In this document: piece by piece, positions 29,170-37,078 of the stretch
How the letters are laid out: the number at the start of each line of letters is the position of its first letter
Numbering within the stretch: position 1 is the stretch's first letter
Virus record (IMG/VR): IMGVR_UViG_3300037751_000127
Coordinates: 1 to 57,185 of that record
Length of the DNA: 57,185 nucleotides
Origin: a virus
Lineage: Duplodnaviria; Caudoviricetes
Strand: one strand, 5' to 3'
Notes under the pieces: generated by a model
Told to the model about the DNA's origin: nothing
Database searches by the model: none
What the model saw: only the letters and a program-made list of their open reading frames with translations
Position numbers and translations under genes: made by a program

Positions 29170-31058
29170 AGCAGCCCCGCAGAGTCCAAGAATGCCGCCA
29201 GCAGGGTCTGGTTGTGTTCCAGGCCTGACGTGAGTAGGCCCTTCGCGTACCGGTCGAGTTCCCTGGTCATCACCGACGCTTCGATGTGCGAGCCTTCAAA
29301 GATCGCCGGGACATGCTCCCAGGCGTCCTTGAGAAGCGTATTCGCGTGATCGTTACTGGCAACCAGGGACTTCGTGTGCAGCTTGTATGCCGGGACGTCC
29401 ATCCACATGCCTCGGGTAGTCGCGGTCAGCAGGCGCTTGCCGGCAAGTTCGAGAGCACGGCGCACTACGGCATCAGCGGCTGCGAGGATCCCCGAAGGTC
29501 TCGCCGTCAGTGAGGCAATCAGGTCGGAGTCCGAATCTGCGGCGTCAGGCTGTGCCCCGATGGCCGGCGAAGACATGACCCTTCCGGGCGCTGGAGGTGC
29601 TGCCGGGCCAGGATTGGCAAGATCAGTGCCGACCTGCACGTCAGGCAGGAAGTCGGGAATGTCGATGCCCAGGAACTTGCGCACCGATTCGAGCTGGAAG
29701 AGCGTCGGATCCCGTTCGACAATGGTACGCAGGAAGCGCTGATTGCGTTCCTCCTGGCTCATCGCGTCAGATTCGTGGAATGCCCCGGCGACCCGGACTG
29801 CGGAGTCGGAGACGATCCCGAGAACATTGAGATCCTTGGCATCGACAAGGCGATTGGCCGAATTGGCCAATGGCGCAGTGTCGTACCAGAACATGTACCG
29901 GCTGGGATCCTTGCCCATCTTACGCAATGCCGGATGTAGGTATGAGGTCGTAAGTGCATCACAGATGCGGATCATCAAAGGCGCGATCGTCTTGATGATG
30001 AACTCTTCGTTCGCCCACCAGATGGACCAGTGGTTCATCTCCCTGCCGCCGAGCTGAATCTCCATCGGCACATTCAGGCCGACAGCGATCGTCTCCCGCA
30101 GTTCCTTGCGCAGGTCGATGGCCTGGCTTGACAGCACGGATTCGAAGACGATCGGCTCAATGTTCGCCATCGCCGCGAGGGCCTCAGACTCCATCGGCAT
30201 CAGAATCGGCGCGATCATCGCAGCCGTGCCAGCGCCTTGAAGATTGGAGGTGATCGCCTCGTACAGCTGCTGAAGCACTCCTTCCCAGCCCCCCGCGTAC
30301 TTGTCGGTCTTCGGGAAGTCGACAGCGGCAGGGACGGGGAGGAGGCTCGCTGAGGCCAGGCGGCTGACAAGCTGAGAAGATAGGAAGCGAACAAGTTCCT
30401 GCTGCTGGCGTAGCGGAACAAGGATGCCACGGGTCGGGGAATCGGCACGGAACATCAGCTGCGGATGCGGCGTCCAGACCCTGATGACCATGTTCCGGCG
30501 AAGATTCAGCTCCTCATACTTGCCGTTGCCGACAGCGATGGAGACGACATCGTCTCCGACCTTGCGAATCTCATTCGGGGCGACCGTATACCATTTGTCC
30601 CTGCCGCGAACACCTGTCGACTGGCCGATCAGATATGTCTCGCCGGCAACAGTCAGCGACACCCCGAGGGCGCGGAGAATCTCAGCCTTGGCACCCGGGC
30701 CTCCGAATAGCGAGGACGACAGCGCCCCGACAGCCGGATCGGAAGTGTCAGCCTCCTTGCCTTCCCTGTCGGTGCTCGGCGCGCCGACTTCTCCTTGAGG
30801 CTGGCCGTATTCATCGACTTCGCAGACATACAGGCGTATCAGGGAGCATGCGGCACCGATGTAGTCGGCGGTGTTATGCAATTCGGGAGTGTTGTTGTAG
30901 AAGTGCCAGGCGTCGCCTTGCCAGGTTCCATCGCCGAACTGGTTGAGCTGCCAGCCGGCTTCGCTGGCAAGGACCTGCACGGCCGACCCGATGACGCTCG
31001 ATTCCGTGATTGCCGGAATGTCTGCGACTTTGGCCCGGCTTCGCTTACCCAATGCCAT
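29166..31058 (-). CDS. portal protein
   Basis: 630 aa after the terminase; WQGDAW..Y...PELH; RVWTPHP; NHWSIW. Confidence 0.8.
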   Translation of the reverse strand: MALGKRSRAKVADIPAITESSVIGSAVQVLASEAGWQLNQFGDGTWQGDAWHFYNNTPELHNTADYIGAACSLIRLYVCEVDEYGQPQGEVGAPSTDREGKEADTSDPAVGALSSSLFGGPGAKAEILRALGVSLTVAGETYLIGQSTGVRGRDKWYTVAPNEIRKVGDDVVSIAVGNGKYEELNLRRNMVIRVWTPHPQLMFRADSPTRGILVPLRQQQELVRFLSSQLVSRLASASLLPVPAAVDFPKTDKYAGGWEGVLQQLYEAITSNLQGAGTAAMIAPILMPMESEALAAMANIEPIVFESVLSSQAIDLRKELRETIAVGLNVPMEIQLGGREMNHWSIWWANEEFIIKTIAPLMIRICDALTTSYLHPALRKMGKDPSRYMFWYDTAPLANSANRLVDAKDLNVLGIVSDSAVRVAGAFHESDAMSQEERNQRFLRTIVERDPTLFQLESVRKFLGIDIPDFLPDVQVGTDLANPGPAAPPAPGRVMSSPAIGAQPDAADSDSDLIASLTARPSGILAAADAVVRRALELAGKRLLTATTRGMWMDVPAYKLHTKSLVASNDHANTLLKDAWEHVPAIFEGSHIEASVMTRELDRYAKGLLTSGLEHNQTLLAAFLDSAGLL

Positions 31059-31399
31059 CAGTTGTCGTCCGATCCCAGAAGCCTGCTTGCGGCATAGGAG
31101 GTGGCCAGGGTCAGGGGCAGTAGGAGTATTGAGGCGATCCGCCAGTCGAGTTCGGCAAGCCAGATGGATGCCCCCAATGCCCACATGTTCCAGAACAGGC
31201 CAGTCCAGAAGGTGTTACACCAGTCGCACATGGTCAGCATGTAGCTGATCTTCGACTGCGGCGCGCGACCGAAATGCTTCTCAACAAAGCCCCGATAGGA
31301 GTCCCCGATGAGGTCGGTCGTCGCGAATCGAGTCGTCCTGGCCGTGGCGAGGACGACAACGATCATCCCTAAGGCGACTAGGAAGACATGGTTGACCAT
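31058..31399 (-). CDS. membrane protein (CxWC motif)
   Basis: TM helices; R.TRF.T.D...CDWC..FW. Confidence 0.7.
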   Translation of the reverse strand: MVNHVFLVALGMIVVVLATARTTRFATTDLIGDSYRGFVEKHFGRAPQSKISYMLTMCDWCNTFWTGLFWNMWALGASIWLAELDWRIASILLLPLTLATSYAASRLLGSDDN

Positions 31400-31436
31400 G
31401 TGGTTAGGTTAGCATCGAAAGATCGCCGATGATATC

Positions 31437-32975
31437 TCACTGGTACGGGTCCCAGGAATAGTTGAGCGGCATGTCAATGCTGGAGATGACCCTCGCCGCC
31501 GTTTTCTCATGCTCCATGAGATGCCGGCAAGCGTGGACGAGGGCATCAAGCCTGTCGGGACTGTTGTGCTTAGCGCCAGGAAGCAGTGGATCGAAGGTCA
31601 GCATCTGCGATTCAAGCTTCTCGAAACGATCCGTGTGATGCACTTTTCCTTGCTCGTATCGCATCGCTACCGGCTCGGCGCGCAGCTTCTTGCCGACCGT
31701 CGAGAACACTCCGCGTATCGGCGCAGTCGTATGATCAGGGAACAGCCCCTGCTTCTGTAGCTCCTTGTACGCGTCTTTGAAGACCTGCTCCATCCACGCC
31801 TTGCCGAGATTGTTCTCATAGACGAGCACGTCGGCGCTGTGGCGGATGAAGACTTTCCAGGCGTGGATGGCGGCATCGCGGCCGGCGACTTTCATTGTCG
31901 CGTCTTCAAGGACATACAGGTGATCATCGGTCTGCTTGCCGACTACGACAACACCACATTCGTCACCGTCATCGTCTCCGGTAAGTCCGGGGTCCACGCC
32001 GACGACCTTGAATGACAGCTCTTCGAGTTCGCGCAATGTCAGTGATCGTCGGTGACGCTCAATCGACTCGTAGGTGAACAGGATGCCGTCACCTTTGTCG
32101 AGCATCTCCCCGAAGAGTTCCTGACGTCCGAGGCTCGTGCCCTCATACTTCTTGAATAGCTGCCGAATGACCTGCATGGACAGGTTGAGGATGTTCTCGA
32201 AGGTCGATCCTCGAACGGTGAGAACGGTGCCGTCGTCGGTGGCGAGCCATTCCTTGAGTAGGGCTATCGGCTTCGGAGTGGTGGTGACGAAAGCGCGTGG
32301 ATGATCGTCGTCGAGGTCGGATCGCAGCGATGGGAGGATGCCCTCGTACCAGGCTTCGTAGGGGTTCTTCCATTTCGCGATCTCGTCGGCCCACAGGCTT
32401 GCGAGGTTGTATCCTCTGCCGACGTCCGCGCCGTCAGCACCTTCGAAGAAGATCTTGACGCCGGTTTCCAGGATCGTGATGCGCGGCTTCGGAGACCTGA
32501 CGTACAGGTAGTCGACGTTCTTCTTGAGCCCCTTGCGCTCAAGTACGCGCAGGATCCCGGCTGGCCCTTCCGCGCAGACGATCTGAGCATCCGACAACGT
32601 CTCTGCGATGACAAGGTGTTCGGTCGGGAAGCCGGACAGGTCATAGGGGATGTTCAGTGCCCGCTCGACGATCCACTCGCTGCCGGCTTTCGTCTTCCCG
32701 AATCCCCGGCCGGCGAGGGCCAGGTAGATCATCCACCGTCCGGGAGGCGGAAGCTGCTTGGGTCTGGCTACATACCACCATTCGTCGCGGGCCATCTCGA
32801 TCAGCGTGTTCTCGTCGACTCCGCGCAGCCAGGCTTCACGGTCGGCAGCGGGGAGCAGGGCGAGCCGGGTCTTCAGGGACTGCGTGGGGAGCCACTGCTG
32901 CTGGACGTCTCGGGGCATGGCGTGGAAGTAGTCGAGGAGTGTCTGCCCTTCTCGCGGAATGAGGTTCATGATCAC
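31437..32975 (-). CDS. terminase large subunit
   Basis: Walker A AGRGFGKT; Walker B LWADE; TTTP; VGVDP; SPDRLDALV. Confidence 0.95.
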   Translation of the reverse strand: MIMNLIPREGQTLLDYFHAMPRDVQQQWLPTQSLKTRLALLPAADREAWLRGVDENTLIEMARDEWWYVARPKQLPPPGRWMIYLALAGRGFGKTKAGSEWIVERALNIPYDLSGFPTEHLVIAETLSDAQIVCAEGPAGILRVLERKGLKKNVDYLYVRSPKPRITILETGVKIFFEGADGADVGRGYNLASLWADEIAKWKNPYEAWYEGILPSLRSDLDDDHPRAFVTTTPKPIALLKEWLATDDGTVLTVRGSTFENILNLSMQVIRQLFKKYEGTSLGRQELFGEMLDKGDGILFTYESIERHRRSLTLRELEELSFKVVGVDPGLTGDDDGDECGVVVVGKQTDDHLYVLEDATMKVAGRDAAIHAWKVFIRHSADVLVYENNLGKAWMEQVFKDAYKELQKQGLFPDHTTAPIRGVFSTVGKKLRAEPVAMRYEQGKVHHTDRFEKLESQMLTFDPLLPGAKHNSPDRLDALVHACRHLMEHEKTAARVISSIDMPLNYSWDPYQ

Positions 32976-33018
32976 ACTGTATCAACTTAATCGATGAAGT
33001 GGAACACCAGAGAAAGAG

Positions 33019-33047
33019 TTGCACTGTTGCGAATCCTGGGTTATGGT
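33019..33047 (+). promoter_or_regulatory. promoter of the Y0-HTH-HTH-Ro60 operon
   Basis: TTGCAC-17 bp-TATGGT. Confidence 0.6.
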
Positions 33048-33057
33048 TGCCGAGCAC

Positions 33058-33136
33058 TCCTGGTGCGCAGCCTCGCTGGTACATCAACTGACTCATAATC
33101 GGTATCGACCCCAGCTTGGCAAGCTTGAACTCAGGA
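33058..33136 (+). ncRNA. Y-RNA-like unit Y0 carrying a CAU anticodon hairpin
   Basis: TCCTG-GTGCG...TTGAACT-CAGGA; inner GCTGG/CCAGC; TACATCA; ACTGA-CTCATAA-TCGGT. Confidence 0.7.
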
Positions 33137-33143
33137 ACTGCTT

Positions 33144-33231
33144 GAACTCCCTGCTGTCAGCATATAAATCGGGTAGCTCCCGAGTGCTGCAAGGGATCAG
33201 GTAGCTCCTGATTCCCGATAGCAGGGAGTTC
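33144..33231 (+). promoter_or_regulatory. structured leader that sequesters an RBS
   Basis: GAACTCCCTGCTGTC/GATAGCAGGGAGTTC stem enclosing two GGTAGCTCC hairpins; 3' arm holds AGGGAG before ATG 33236. Confidence 0.6.
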
Positions 33232-33235
33232 TTCT

Positions 33236-33439
33236 ATGCCCGAAAGGCCCTACCACCAAGAGCACAAGTCATACGGACCTCAAGCGAAGTTGACTCCAGA
33301 GATCATCAAGGTGATGCGGGAGCGTCACATCGTTGGAGGCATCTCGCAGCGAACCCTGGCCCGCCAGTACGGCGTTAATCAGTCGACGATCTCCAGGGCG
33401 CTCAGCAATCAGACTTACCAGCCATTTGAGGAACTCTGA
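33236..33439 (+). CDS. small HTH protein
   Basis: AKLTPE...GISQRTLARQYGVNQSTISRAL. Confidence 0.8.
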   Translation: MPERPYHQEHKSYGPQAKLTPEIIKVMRERHIVGGISQRTLARQYGVNQSTISRALSNQTYQPFEEL

Positions 33440-33666
33440 TGCCGGGAGTAACGACGCCACCTTCAGGTCATCCGTGGAGGGACGAGGAGTACGGCTTCAG
33501 TCACCGACGCAAGCCGACCTTGACGCTCGCTGAGGTCGACGCGATCAAGGAGGCGTGGGCTACGGGAAAGTTCACGAAGTCGCGCCTGGCTCGCATCTAC
33601 GACGTCACCTCGAACATCATCACCAGGGTCATCAACGGCCAGTACAGCCACTACAGGGAGATCTGA
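33439..33666 (+). CDS. small HTH protein (paralogue of the previous gene)
   Basis: LTLAEVDAIK...TKSRLARIYDVTSNIITRVI. Confidence 0.75.
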   Translation: MPGVTTPPSGHPWRDEEYGFSHRRKPTLTLAEVDAIKEAWATGKFTKSRLARIYDVTSNIITRVINGQYSHYREI

Positions 33667-35312
33667 TGTCCAAGCTCAACAAGCAGTCGCAGAAGCAGGG
33701 CGTACCGCTTCAGGCGTTCACGAAGACGACAGGCAAGTCTCCGATCAAGGTGACGAACAAGCGGGTCGCGAACTTCGAAGGCTCGGATGCCAGCATGTAC
33801 GGCAAGAAGTCCCGGCTGATGCTGCTGGCAATGAACACGTACTCCGGCGAGGACACGTACTACGTGAAGGCCGCTGACCGGGATAAGGAACTGAAGGACC
33901 TGGCGGTCAAGGTTGGCGTCGCGGATCCGGACTGGATGAGGCGATTCCTTCCGTGGCTGCGCAGTACGGCGAACATTCGGACGTCGGCGATCACGATGGC
34001 CGTGGATGTCGCGATGGCGTGGAGGGACCCGAGGGTTGGCATCGAGGGTGGCCGCGCCCTCGTCAACTCCGTGCTCCAGCGTGCCGATGAGCCCGGCGAG
34101 GCCCTGGCGTACGCGATGAGCTACGGCCGTAATGTTCCGAAGCCGGTCAAGCGTGGCATCGCTGACGCCGCAAGGCGCATGTACAGCGAGTTCACGCTGC
34201 TGAAGTGGGACAAGGATAGCGCTGCCGTTCGGTTCGGTGACGTTCTGGAGATCACGCACCCGCAGCCGGCAACCCCGGAGCAGGTTCACCTGTTCAAGTA
34301 CGCCATCGACATCCGGCACAACCGGAACTTCGGTGACCGGAACTTCTACATGACATTGCCGATGATCGCCGAACGTCAGCGGCGCATGGACATGTGGGCT
34401 TCCGGGCAGATCATGAAGTCGCTGATGCCTGCGCACATGAAGTCCGCCGGAATCTCCTGGGAGTTCGCGCTATCCCAGCTCGGCTCGAAGATGGACAAGG
34501 CGAAGCTATGGGAGGCCCTGATCCCAAACATGGGCTACATGGCCCTGATTCGTAACCTTCGCAACTTCGAGCAGGCCGGGATCAGCGATAAGGCGATCGA
34601 GGAGGTTTCGAACCGGCTCAGCGATCCCGGGGAGGTCGCGAAGTCCAAGCAGTTCCCGATGCGCTTCCTGTCGGCGTACCGTGCCATCAACGGTGATGCC
34701 TTCCGGTACCCGCTGGAGCAGGCGCTTCAGCAGTCGCTGAACAACATTCCGCGCCTTCCGGGCTCGACACTGATCCTCATCGACACGTCAGGTTCGATGA
34801 ACGGCCAGATGTCAGACAAGTCGGGCCTTAAGCGCTGGGATGCGGCGGTGATCTTCGGATTGGCTCTGGCTGCACGCTGTGACGATGCTCAGGTTGTCAG
34901 CTTCTCCGATGCCCAGATCGGCTACTCGCACTGGTCGGGCAGGTCTACGAGCGGCACGCCTTCCAAGGTGTTTCCTGCCGTCAAGGGGGAGACGCTCCTT
35001 CGGGGGATCGAGCGCTGGGACAAGCAGGGCTTCTTCCTTGGTGCCGGCACGGACACTGCGGGGGCGGTGAACAGGCACTTCGGAGGGCATCGACGGATCA
35101 TCATCCTGACTGACGAGGAGGCGCAGACCGGCAACCCGTACGCGCAGGTCCCGGCCTCAGTGGTCAAGGTCGACGTGAACCTTGCCGGCTACGGGCACTC
35201 TCACGCGCCTGCTTCCACGCCGAACCTGATCAAGCTGGCCGGGTTGACGGACTCGATGTTCACGATGATTCCGTGGCTTGAGGCTGGCCTCGACGAGTCG
35301 TGGCCGTTCTGA
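33666..35312 (+). CDS. Ro60-like TROVE domain protein with C-terminal vWA (Rsr orthologue)
   Basis: RADEPGE, PKPVKRGIADA, KWD..DVLEITHP, MGYMALIRNLRNF, KQFPMRFLSAY; vWA MIDAS DTSGSM...GTD...ILTDE. Confidence 0.92.
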   Translation: MSKLNKQSQKQGVPLQAFTKTTGKSPIKVTNKRVANFEGSDASMYGKKSRLMLLAMNTYSGEDTYYVKAADRDKELKDLAVKVGVADPDWMRRFLPWLRSTANIRTSAITMAVDVAMAWRDPRVGIEGGRALVNSVLQRADEPGEALAYAMSYGRNVPKPVKRGIADAARRMYSEFTLLKWDKDSAAVRFGDVLEITHPQPATPEQVHLFKYAIDIRHNRNFGDRNFYMTLPMIAERQRRMDMWASGQIMKSLMPAHMKSAGISWEFALSQLGSKMDKAKLWEALIPNMGYMALIRNLRNFEQAGISDKAIEEVSNRLSDPGEVAKSKQFPMRFLSAYRAINGDAFRYPLEQALQQSLNNIPRLPGSTLILIDTSGSMNGQMSDKSGLKRWDAAVIFGLALAARCDDAQVVSFSDAQIGYSHWSGRSTSGTPSKVFPAVKGETLLRGIERWDKQGFFLGAGTDTAGAVNRHFGGHRRIIILTDEEAQTGNPYAQVPASVVKVDVNLAGYGHSHAPASTPNLIKLAGLTDSMFTMIPWLEAGLDESWPF

Positions 35313-35335
35313 TCTAGGATAGTCGGGGAACGGAC

Positions 35336-35364
35336 TTGACGCCGGTTCTCAACTATGGCATGCT
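35336..35364 (+). promoter_or_regulatory. promoter of the ncRNA array
   Basis: TTGACG-17 bp-CATGCT with extended -10 TGn. Confidence 0.6.
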
Positions 35365-35438
35365 TTCCATGTCGACGAGGTGGCCGACGGAGACCGGAGC
35401 CCCGGTTCCGGTCTCACAAATTCTTTGACAAGTGAATA

Positions 35439-35590
35439 TGAGATCGTCAGGTGCGACAGGATGCGCCTCCTTCATTGATGGTTCAACTCCACCGGACGCA
35501 GGTAAAAGTGCGTCCTAGCTCAACGGGCAGAGCAAAGCTCATCCGCAAGGATGTGACAAGGCGAATCCGCTGTGAACTCTGACGATCTCA
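35439..35590 (+). ncRNA. Y RNA unit Y1, YrlA-like (permuted tRNA domain)
   Basis: TGAGATCGTCAG/CTGACGATCTCA stem; GGTGCGA..TGAACT; T-arm GGTTCAACTCC, closed acceptor GGACGCA/TGCGTCC, D-arm TAGCTCAACGGGCAGAGC. Confidence 0.85.
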
Positions 35591-35599
35591 AACTTCGAA

Positions 35600-35786
35600 G
35601 ATTGCCTGGTGCGACGCCTAAGACGGTTACTTCACAGATGACGGCTGACCTTGTGGCATGAGGTCGTCTCAGGGTGGAAGCCCCTGAGTGACGAATAGCA
35701 GTCCAGCAATGGACGTCCGATTCGTTGTGGTGGATCAAAGACGCGGCTGAGCCAACCTCCGTCCGGCAACCTGAACTCAGGCAATC
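35600..35786 (+). ncRNA. Y RNA unit Y2 with a large non-tRNA payload
   Basis: GATTGCCTG/CAGGCAATC; GACGG/CCGTC; TTACTTCA; several internal hairpins. Confidence 0.8.
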
Positions 35787-36214
35787 CTCAAAGGTCGTGC
35801 GGTAAGCGTCTCCTCGATCTTTGATCGGTTGGACTCAAGCCATCCGACGCGAACATTACAATAAATGCACAATAGTGCCCTCACGCACTTGCCGCAGCTT
35901 CGCTTGCCTGGACAGCACGAATGATCGTGATCAACGCAGAGTCGACGACCCTTGTTAACTCTACGGCAGATCGCGCACACTCCCCCCTGTTGCACAAGGA
36001 GGAGTTCGTACTGATCCAGGGTCATGTTGTAGTTGTGCTTGAGGTTGTGGCCATGCTGCAACCGAGAGGTGTAGTCAGGATTTCTTGCCCGATAGTCTTT
36101 GATGTAGGAGCTTTTGCAGTCGAGGCATCGACTTCCGATGCCAGACCTCGCCTGCTTCGACTTAACGAACCTGTCAAGGGGCTTGTCTTCCAGGCAGCCT
36201 TTACATTGCTTCAT
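35777..36214 (-). CDS. Endonuclease VII-family (His-Me) homing-type nuclease
   Basis: QQGGVCAIC...LCVDHDH...VRALLC..CN; N-terminal CxxC. Confidence 0.85.
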   Translation of the reverse strand: MKQCKGCLEDKPLDRFVKSKQARSGIGSRCLDCKSSYIKDYRARNPDYTSRLQHGHNLKHNYNMTLDQYELLLVQQGGVCAICRRVNKGRRLCVDHDHSCCPGKRSCGKCVRALLCIYCNVRVGWLESNRSKIEETLTARPLRIA

Positions 36215-36245
36215 GGTTACATGCTACATTAGCTGTAAGCACTTC

Positions 36246-36387
36246 GACTTCCCGGTGCGCAGGGATCGGCTACTTCTCCTTCCAAGAGGGTGACGTCAGT
36301 TCGAATCTGACTCTCAGCTCTCAAGCCGAGATCGTCTAGCGGCCTAGGACCCCTTGTTATCCGGACCCGTTTAGAACTCGGGAAGTC
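36246..36387 (+). ncRNA. Y RNA unit Y3, YrlA-like
   Basis: GACTTCCCG/CGGGAAGTC; T-arm GTCAG-TTCGAAT-CTGAC; Glu/Gln-like D-arm TCGTCTAGCGGCCTAGGAC. Confidence 0.8.
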
Positions 36388-36391
36388 TCAT

Positions 36392-36463
36392 GGGCATACG
36401 TAGTTCAAAGGGCAGAACACTCAGAGAAAACTGAGGATCTGGGTTCGAATCCCAGCGTGTCTA
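36392..36463 (+). ncRNA. tRNA-like element with a 6-nt non-canonical anticodon loop
   Basis: D-arm TAGTTCAAAGGGCAGAAC; CTCAG-AGAAAA-CTGAG; CTGGG-TTCGAAT-CCCAG; imperfect acceptor. Confidence 0.7.
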
Positions 36464-36470
36464 CAATGCC

Positions 36471-36582
36471 GATGTCTGGTGCGAGATCCTCGAATCCTTC
36501 TAGATTTCTAGAATCCCGAAACGCACGGCACATAACCGTGAAGGTTGGGGGTAAAGCGGGGATCAACTTGAACTCAGACATC
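36471..36582 (+). ncRNA. Y RNA unit Y4 (non-tRNA payload)
   Basis: GATGTCTG/CAGACATC; GATCCTCG/CGGGGATC; GGTGCGA..TTGAACT. Confidence 0.8.
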
Positions 36583-36590
36583 ACAAACTT

Positions 36591-36688
36591 TGCCTGGTGC
36601 GATGCTTCACGGATACTTCAGATCACCAGCCTTCGGGCACCTTTCGGGAATTGATCCTCCCAAACCGTGGACACCCTGAACTCAGGCG
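36591..36688 (+). ncRNA. Y RNA unit Y5 (small branched payload)
   Basis: TGCCTG/CAGGCG; TTCACGG/CCGTGGA; ATACTTCA; GATCA/TGATC with a cUUCGg hairpin. Confidence 0.8.
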
Positions 36689-36697
36689 TCACAAACT

Positions 36698-36848
36698 TCG
36701 CTAGGTGCGTAGTCATCGGATACATCGAGTCCTCGCAGGTTCAAATCCTGTCGCCATAGCTTCAAGATGGTGTGCCAGAGTGGCCTAATGGAGCTGCGGT
36801 AAAACGTGGCAGGACACAAGCCGCCGATGACGACTTGAACTCTAGCGA
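36698..36848 (+). ncRNA. Y RNA unit Y6, YrlA-like
   Basis: TCGCTAG/CTAGCGA; GTCATCGG/CCGATGAC; T-arm GCAGG-TTCAAAT-CCTGT; CGCCAT/ATGGTG; Tyr/Ser-like D-arm GCCAGAGTGGCCTAATGG. Confidence 0.8.
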
Positions 36849-36855
36849 TCAACTT

Positions 36856-36994
36856 CTGTCAGGTGCGCAGTCCTCGCATACTTCATAGGGACCGTAGGTA
36901 CCAGGTTCAATTCCTGGCTTCCCGAACACTTCGGGAATGTAGCTCACCGGCAGAGCAGCGGTAATAGCAGCGAAGACGACTTGAACTCTGACAG
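36856..36994 (+). ncRNA. Y RNA unit Y7, YrlA-like
   Basis: CTGTCAG/CTGACAG; CCAGG-TTCAATT-CCTGG; TTCCCGAA/TTCGGGAA; TAGCTCACCGGCAGAGC. Confidence 0.85.
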
Positions 36995-37004
36995 TTCAAT
37001 AGCT

Positions 37005-37072
37005 CCATCAGGTGCGATAGGGCTCGGATACTTCATTGGCGAAAACGCCGAACCCACTTAGATCTCTGATGG
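37005..37072 (+). ncRNA. Y RNA unit Y8, minimal (68 nt)
   Basis: CCATCAG/CTGATGG; GGGCTCGG/CCGAACCC; ATACTTCA; degenerate 3' motif TTAGATCT. Confidence 0.7.
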
Positions 37073-37078
37073 TTGCAC

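Noticed and set aside
35640-35760. Hammerhead or other small ribozyme in Y2
   Set aside because: No CUGANGA...GAAA core or other consensus could be matched by eye.
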